Origin: Candidatus Aceula meridiana
Lineage (GTDB): Bacteria > Omnitrophota > Gorgyraeia > Zapsychrales > Aceulaceae
Assembly: GCA_030765185.1 (NCBI GenBank)
Contig: JAVCDE010000024.1
Coordinates: 315,538 to 379,537 of the forward strand
Length of the DNA stretch: 64,000 bases
Reading direction: 5' to 3'
Part shown: positions 58,392 through 64,000 of the stretch, in pieces
Layout of the letters: the number at the start of each line of letters is the position of its first letter
Position numbering within the stretch: position 1 is the stretch's first letter
Program-made: the position numbers and the translations under genes
The notes under the pieces: generated by a model
What the model saw: only the letters and a program-made list of their open reading frames with translations
Databases searched by the model: none
What the model was told of the DNA's origin: nothing

Positions 58392-59768
58392 TTATAAATG
58401 GCTGATCGCTTGTTTTAAGCTTTCAACCGGAATAATTTCGAAATTCTTTGTCTGCGTCTGTATATCTTTAGCCTTCAAATTATTCTTAGGAAGCAGGCAA
58501 CGCTTAAACCCTAACTTTTCTGCTTCTTTAACGCGGGCCACCACTTGGCTGATGCTTCTAATTTCTGCAGATAGGCCCACCTCGCCTAAAACAACTAAAT
58601 CTTGTGGAATATTTTTATCTAACAATGCCGAGGCTACGGCTAAGGCTACAGCCAAATCAGCTGCCGGATCAACAACTCTTACACCTCCAACGACATTTAA
58701 AAAGATATCCTTATCCTGCAGCGATAGGCCCATTTTCTTTTCTAAAACCGCGGCTAATAAACTTAGCCGATTAGAATCAAAACCCTGAGTTTTTTGCCGT
58801 GCCATGCCAAAATTTGCCCGGCTGACCAATCCTTGAATCTCAACTAAAAAAGGCCTTGTCCCTTCCATAATAGGAACAACCACAGACCCAGAAGTATTGA
58901 CCGGCCGCTCAGATAAAAAAATCTCCGAAGGGTTCCTAACTTCTTTTAGCCCGCTTACTGTCATTTCAAAAACACCAATTTCATTGGTCGCGCCAAAACG
59001 ATTTTTCGTCGTCCGCAAAATACGATAGGTTGAATATCTTTCGCCTTCAAAATACAAAACCGTATCTACTAAATGCTCTAACACGCGCGGTCCGGCAAGC
59101 ATGCCTTCCTTAGTCACGTGCCCAATAAGAAAAAGCGCGATTCCTTTAGCCTTAGCCACTTGCGTTAAAAAAGACGCGCATTCCCTAACCTGGCTAACGC
59201 TTCCCGGAGATGAAGTCACCTCGGGATGATAAACAACCTGAATCGAATCAATCACAACCACATCAGGCTTTAAGGTCTCAAGCTGTTTAAGGATCACTCC
59301 TAGATCAACTTGATTGACGATATAAAGCTTTGAATTCTCATTTTCGCTTAAGCGGTCGGCACGCATCTTAGTTTGGGCAACAGATTCTTCCCCACTTACG
59401 TAAAAAACTTTTTGTCCCTTTTGGCTTAACGTGCACGCGATCTGCAAAGCAAGCGTTGATTTGCCTATGCCAGGATCACCACCTAAAAGCGTAACCGAAC
59501 CACGAACAACGCCACCGCCTAACACACGATTAAATTCTTCATTATCTGTTTTTAATCTTGGCACCGATTCGCCTAAGACATCGCTAAGCAGAACTGGCTC
59601 ATCAGTCGATGCCGACGCTGTGCTATGCGCGCTTAGAGAAGAAGAAGTATTTTCTTCAACCAAAGAATTCCAGCTCCCACAGCCCGAACACTTGCCAGAC
59701 CACGCAGGAGACTGCGTGCCGCACTCTTGGCAAACATAAACAGTTTTTGATTTTGCTATTTTTACCAT
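58392..59768 (-). CDS. radA: DNA repair protein RadA/Sms
   Basis: C4 zinc finger, GDPGIGKST, KNRFG, GEVGL. Confidence 0.96.
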   Translation of the reverse strand: MVKIAKSKTVYVCQECGTQSPAWSGKCSGCGSWNSLVEENTSSSLSAHSTASASTDEPVLLSDVLGESVPRLKTDNEEFNRVLGGGVVRGSVTLLGGDPGIGKSTLALQIACTLSQKGQKVFYVSGEESVAQTKMRADRLSENENSKLYIVNQVDLGVILKQLETLKPDVVVIDSIQVVYHPEVTSSPGSVSQVRECASFLTQVAKAKGIALFLIGHVTKEGMLAGPRVLEHLVDTVLYFEGERYSTYRILRTTKNRFGATNEIGVFEMTVSGLKEVRNPSEIFLSERPVNTSGSVVVPIMEGTRPFLVEIQGLVSRANFGMARQKTQGFDSNRLSLLAAVLEKKMGLSLQDKDIFLNVVGGVRVVDPAADLAVALAVASALLDKNIPQDLVVLGEVGLSAEIRSISQVVARVKEAEKLGFKRCLLPKNNLKAKDIQTQTKNFEIIPVESLKQAISHL

Positions 59769-59781
59769 AATAATTTTTAAT

Positions 59782-60756
59782 TTAAAACTTAATACTGCGA
59801 TGAATCCCAAACATATCGGTTTCTTCAACGCCTGTTGCTTCACGCGGCTTTCGAAGCCGGTAATGAAAACCTGTTTCCCTCTCTCGCCCTTGGTCGTTTT
59901 GGCGGCGAATGGTCCATTGACGCTCAACATCGTTTCCTTGAATAATTGGCTCCATCTTTAATCTTGCCAACTGCTCGTGGAACTTTTGAAAATCTTGTGA
60001 AAGATCTAGCTCCCCTATCACTCTAACGCCAATCCCGTCACGCTCGGAAACACTTGTTTGTCTTAAATCAATCGTGGGGTAAAGCCCTTCAAAGCCGGCG
60101 ATAATATAATCGTAAGTAAAATTCTCAATCTCACCGTCATAAGAAGTTAGCAGTCCGCTTAAGAAAATTTGATCTGAAAACCCCGAAACTCGCATTTCTC
60201 CAGAAACCTCCCCTGCTGAGAAAATATCTCTTGCGCCAACCCAGGAAAAAAAATCCAACAAAGAAACATTGCGAAGCCCTAAATTTAAATCAACATCATA
60301 CGGTGAAACAAGGCCAAAATAGCCAACACATTTTAAATTTCCCAATTTAAGCGGCTTTAAATAAAACCGATCGCCACGAACTTCAAAATTTCCACTAGAA
60401 GGAAGAGGGCTCTTTGCAAAAAACGTTTCTACATCAGAAGGCGTCACACTTCCTTTTAAAAAAAGATCCGGGTCTTTCGGGTCTTCTATAATACGGGCGC
60501 TTCCTTCAATTCGAGTTGTAATCTCAAAAAGCATTGCTTTAAAACGGTCAGCGTCTAACGAAAACCGAATATCGCCCGTGTTTTCTTCAAAAGCATAAAA
60601 CGACAGCTGGCCATCTTTAAAAAAGTTAAAATCAATCTTAACTTCCTTAGCTGAGAAATCAGCTTGGCCCTCAAAAGTACATACAAGGCTTGCCGTAACC
60701 TTAGGAACCCAACAAAGCCAAAGGGCTACGAGCAGTAATAAAATTTTTTGATTCAT
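59782..60756 (-). CDS. Secreted beta-rich hypothetical protein (AsmA/TamB-like appearance)
   Basis: Signal peptide; amphipathic beta pattern; C-terminal Phe. Confidence 0.55.
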   Translation of the reverse strand: MNQKILLLLVALWLCWVPKVTASLVCTFEGQADFSAKEVKIDFNFFKDGQLSFYAFEENTGDIRFSLDADRFKAMLFEITTRIEGSARIIEDPKDPDLFLKGSVTPSDVETFFAKSPLPSSGNFEVRGDRFYLKPLKLGNLKCVGYFGLVSPYDVDLNLGLRNVSLLDFFSWVGARDIFSAGEVSGEMRVSGFSDQIFLSGLLTSYDGEIENFTYDYIIAGFEGLYPTIDLRQTSVSERDGIGVRVIGELDLSQDFQKFHEQLARLKMEPIIQGNDVERQWTIRRQNDQGRERETGFHYRLRKPREATGVEETDMFGIHRSIKF

Positions 60757-60761
60757 AAAAT

Positions 60762-63182
60762 TTAATCAAAAACCAAATGATCTTTATTGCGCTTAACTTT
60801 AATTACACTTCCCTCTTTAAATTTTCCGCCGATCAAATCTTCTGCGAGAGGGTCTTCGATATAGCGCTGAATAGTTCTCTTCAAGGGTCTGGCGCCGAAA
60901 GACGGATCGAAACCTTTTTCGATTAAAAGCTCAAGGGCGCCTTTATCAAGCTCAATCTTAAGACCATTATCGACAAGCCTTTCAGAGAACTCTTTAATCT
61001 CTAAATCAACAATCTTTTCTAAATCTTCTCGAGTTAATGATTGGAAGACGATAGTATCGTCTAAACGGTTTAAAAACTCCGGCTTAAACGTCTTTTTAAT
61101 TTCATCTAAAAGGCGTGTTTTCATATCTTGATAAGTTACTTCTTTATCTTGCGAGGCAAAGCCCAACGAACCCTTTTGGCGCAAAATTTCTGCGCCAACA
61201 TTCGATGTCATAATCACGATCGTGTTTCGAAAATCAACACGACGTCCCATGCTATCGGTTAGGCGTCCTTCTTCTAAAACTTGTAACAAAATATTGAAAA
61301 CATCCTGATGTGCTTTTTCAATTTCATCTAAAAGCACAACCGCATAAGGACGACGTCGAACTTTCTCGGTCAACTGGCCACCTTCCTCGTATCCGACGTA
61401 TCCCGGAGGTGCACCGACTAAACGAGAAACATTAAACTTGTCCATATACTCAGACATATCCAGCTGAATAATAGCCTCTTGATCACCAAACATAAACTCA
61501 GATAAAATACGAGCAAGATATGTTTTTCCAACTCCAGTCGGCCCTAAAAACATAAAAGAACCAATCGGACGTGATGGATTTTTGATTCCAGCACGAGATC
61601 GCCGTACCGCACGAGCAATAGCGCCAATGGCTTCTTTCTGCCCAATAACAGATTTAGAAAGATTCTCTTCGAGCTTTAAAAGCTTTTCGCTTTCTTTCTG
61701 CTCTAACCGAATCAAAGGGATTTTGGTCCATTGTGAAATTACGCGTGCAACATCCTCTTCAGTAATTGTTGTGATGACTGAGTCGCGTTTTTGCATCCAC
61801 TCTTTACGTCTGGCCTCCAAATTATCACGTGCCTCACGCTCTTTATCCCGCATCTGGGCAGCTTTTTCAAAATCTTGGCTTTTAATATAAGCTTCTTTAT
61901 CTTCCTTTAACTGCTCAATATTTCCTTCCATCTCTTTAATGTCGTCCGGAATGACCATAACGTTTAAACTAGCTCTGGCCCCGGTCTCATCCAAAATATC
62001 AACAGCCTTATCCGGTAAAAAACGTCCAGAAATATAGCGGTCAGTTAATTTCGTTGCCGCCTCAATTGCCTCCGGTGAATATCGGACGCGATGATGAGCT
62101 TCATATTTATCCTGAAGTCCTTTGAGAATTTGAATCGTCTCCTCAACAGATGGCGGATCAACCATAATCGTTTGAAATCGCCTTTCCAGCGCAGCATCTT
62201 TTTCAATATTCTTTCGATATTCATCAATCGTTGTCGCACCAATACACTGAATCTCCCCTCGCGCCAATGCCGGCTTTAAAATGTTGGCCGCGTCAATTGC
62301 GCCTTCAGCAGCTCCAGCACCAACGAGGGTATGGATCTCATCGATAAATAAAATAATCTTTTTTGAACGTTTAATCTCATCCATAATCGCTTTAATGCGT
62401 TCTTCAAATTGCCCGCGATATTTAGTCCCAGCAATCATCATCGCGAGATCTAAGACGATAATATCCTTTTCGCGCAAATTTTCTGTGACATCGCCCTTGA
62501 CAATCAGTTGAGCGAGGCCTTCGACAATAGCCGTTTTCCCAACGCCAGCTTCACCGATTAAAACAGGATTATTTTTATTGCGTCTTGTTAAAATCTGAAC
62601 AATACGTTCAATCTCTAACTTGCGTCCGATTACAGGGTCAAGTTTTCCTTCCCGAGCAAGCTTATTTAAATTGCGGCCATAAGCATTAATCGCAGGAGTC
62701 TTACCCTTTTTAGCTTCTGGCTCTTGCGCGCCAAAGCCCGGAATGCCAGAACCTAAAAGCTCCATAATTTCTGTTCGGGCTTTTTCTAAATCAACACCCA
62801 TATTTAAGAAAACGCGAAAAGCGACACCTTCGCCTTCGCGAATTAATCCTAACAAAAGATGCTCAGTCCCAATATAGTTGTGGCCTAAAGCACGGGCCTC
62901 TTCAGCGGAAAGCTCTAAAACTTTTTTTGACCGAGGCGTAAAAGGAATGTCTCCCATCACCTGTGTTTGCGGCCCTGGCTTGACCAATTTTTCTACTTCA
63001 ATGCGAATAGACTCAAGGTCTAGGCCTAGCTTTTGCAGAACTGCGGCAGCAACACCTTCGCCTTCGCGAACTAACCCAAGCAAAAGATGCTCTGTGCCGA
63101 TATAATCATGGTTAAAACGCTTGGCCTCTTCTTTAGCTAAAATAATTACTTTACGTGCTCTTTCTGTAAATCTGTTAAACAT
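60762..63182 (-). CDS. clpC: ATP-dependent Clp protease ATPase ClpC
   Basis: MFNRFTERA Clp-N repeats, [11 protein letters not shown] coiled coil, [11 protein letters not shown] loop. Confidence 0.97.
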   Translation of the reverse strand: MFNRFTERARKVIILAKEEAKRFNHDYIGTEHLLLGLVREGEGVAAAVLQKLGLDLESIRIEVEKLVKPGPQTQVMGDIPFTPRSKKVLELSAEEARALGHNYIGTEHLLLGLIREGEGVAFRVFLNMGVDLEKARTEIMELLGSGIPGFGAQEPEAKKGKTPAINAYGRNLNKLAREGKLDPVIGRKLEIERIVQILTRRNKNNPVLIGEAGVGKTAIVEGLAQLIVKGDVTENLREKDIIVLDLAMMIAGTKYRGQFEERIKAIMDEIKRSKKIILFIDEIHTLVGAGAAEGAIDAANILKPALARGEIQCIGATTIDEYRKNIEKDAALERRFQTIMVDPPSVEETIQILKGLQDKYEAHHRVRYSPEAIEAATKLTDRYISGRFLPDKAVDILDETGARASLNVMVIPDDIKEMEGNIEQLKEDKEAYIKSQDFEKAAQMRDKEREARDNLEARRKEWMQKRDSVITTITEEDVARVISQWTKIPLIRLEQKESEKLLKLEENLSKSVIGQKEAIGAIARAVRRSRAGIKNPSRPIGSFMFLGPTGVGKTYLARILSEFMFGDQEAIIQLDMSEYMDKFNVSRLVGAPPGYVGYEEGGQLTEKVRRRPYAVVLLDEIEKAHQDVFNILLQVLEEGRLTDSMGRRVDFRNTIVIMTSNVGAEILRQKGSLGFASQDKEVTYQDMKTRLLDEIKKTFKPEFLNRLDDTIVFQSLTREDLEKIVDLEIKEFSERLVDNGLKIELDKGALELLIEKGFDPSFGARPLKRTIQRYIEDPLAEDLIGGKFKEGSVIKVKRNKDHLVFD

Positions 63183-63234
63183 CTTTTCCTCCTATTAAAC
63201 TATTAAAACGAATAAATAATAAATAAATGAAAAA

Positions 63235-64000
63235 TTATTTTTCCAACTTTTCTCGGATCAGTGATGCCCTCTTGGCATCACGCTCTGTTGCCGAGAGCTT
63301 TTTTCCTTCTATCTTTTGAAGATGCGCCGGCTGAATCATAATAAAAAGTTCATTAATAGCCTGCGTATCAACATCTTTAATAACACCTGAATCAATGCCA
63401 AGTCGGACCATTGATAACAAGTCAACAGTCTCTTGGCTTGAAATAATATGCGCGTTTCTTAAAACACCGTAGGAACGACAAATCTTATCCTCTAAGACAG
63501 CTTTATTTTGAACCAACAATGTCTGGCGTGCCTGCTCTTCTTGTTCGATAACCTGACGCACAAGGCCATTAATATTTTGTAAAATATCTTCCTCGCTATG
63601 ACCCAAAGAAACTTGGTTAGATATCTGGAAAAAATTTCCAATCGCCTGCGTTCCCTCTCCATAAAATCCTCTTGAAGCAAAACTAAGCTTAGCAATAGCC
63701 TCAAGTACTTTATTAATCTGCTTGGTCATGACTAGAGCCGGCAGATGCAACATCACCGATCCTCGGATGCCAGTTCCGGTATTTGTCGGACATGCGGTTA
63801 AATAACCCCACTGATCATCATAAGCAAAATTAATATTCTTTGATAACTCATTATCGATAGTATCCATAATTTTCCACGTCTCGAACAAATTAAAGCCCGA
63901 CTGCATAGCCTGAACGCGCAGATGATCCTCTTCGTTGATCATAATCGATAAAATCTCTTCTTTAGAAAAAGCAATTGCGCGCCCTTCTCCAGAGGCAGCA
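63235..64000 (-). CDS. mcsB: Protein arginine kinase; 5' end lies beyond the window
   Basis: NEEDHLR, GYLTACPTN.GTG, RGFYGEG, QPAHLQ; adjacent to clpC. Confidence 0.93.
   Translation of the reverse strand, partial: AASGEGRAIAFSKEEILSIMINEEDHLRVQAMQSGFNLFETWKIMDTIDNELSKNINFAYDDQWGYLTACPTNTGTGIRGSVMLHLPALVMTKQINKVLEAIAKLSFASRGFYGEGTQAIGNFFQISNQVSLGHSEEDILQNINGLVRQVIEQEEQARQTLLVQNKAVLEDKICRSYGVLRNAHIISSQETVDLLSMVRLGIDSGVIKDVDTQAINELFIMIQPAHLQKIEGKKLSATERDAKRASLIREKLEK

Noticed and set aside
59769-59930. N-terminal extension of RadA in the ORF track
   Set aside because: Overlaps the upstream gene; RadA homology starts at the zinc finger just after ATG 59768.

Overview
This is a low-GC diderm bacterial chromosome segment; gene content and order suggest PVC superphylum/Omnitrophota-like (inference). 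The right half is a long minus-strand housekeeping run: mcsB-clpC-orf-radA-PIN/TRAM-ispD-ispF-cysE-cysS-tmk-holB-ricT-metG-mtnA-thiL-tsaE-tsaB-alr. The left part holds a minor-pilin operon behind an attenuator-like leader, an Rrf2-hcp-cupin operon with a perfect palindromic operator, and three large membrane glycosyl/methyl-transferase-like genes. A ~5.6 kb element is integrated at the 3' end of the tmRNA gene. It carries a large serine recombinase that reads through into antisense tmRNA, an XRE/Xis switch, and a REase-like plus HEPN-like cargo pair. The most unusual feature is at 25882-26283, a three-layer nested tRNA-Leu(CAG) locus. An intact tRNA with inverted-repeat flanks sits in the D-arm of an older split tRNA-Leu, which itself sits at the same position in a still older one. 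This suggests a tRNA-carrying element that repeatedly inserts into its own gene. All protein calls are from motif recognition; no database search was run.
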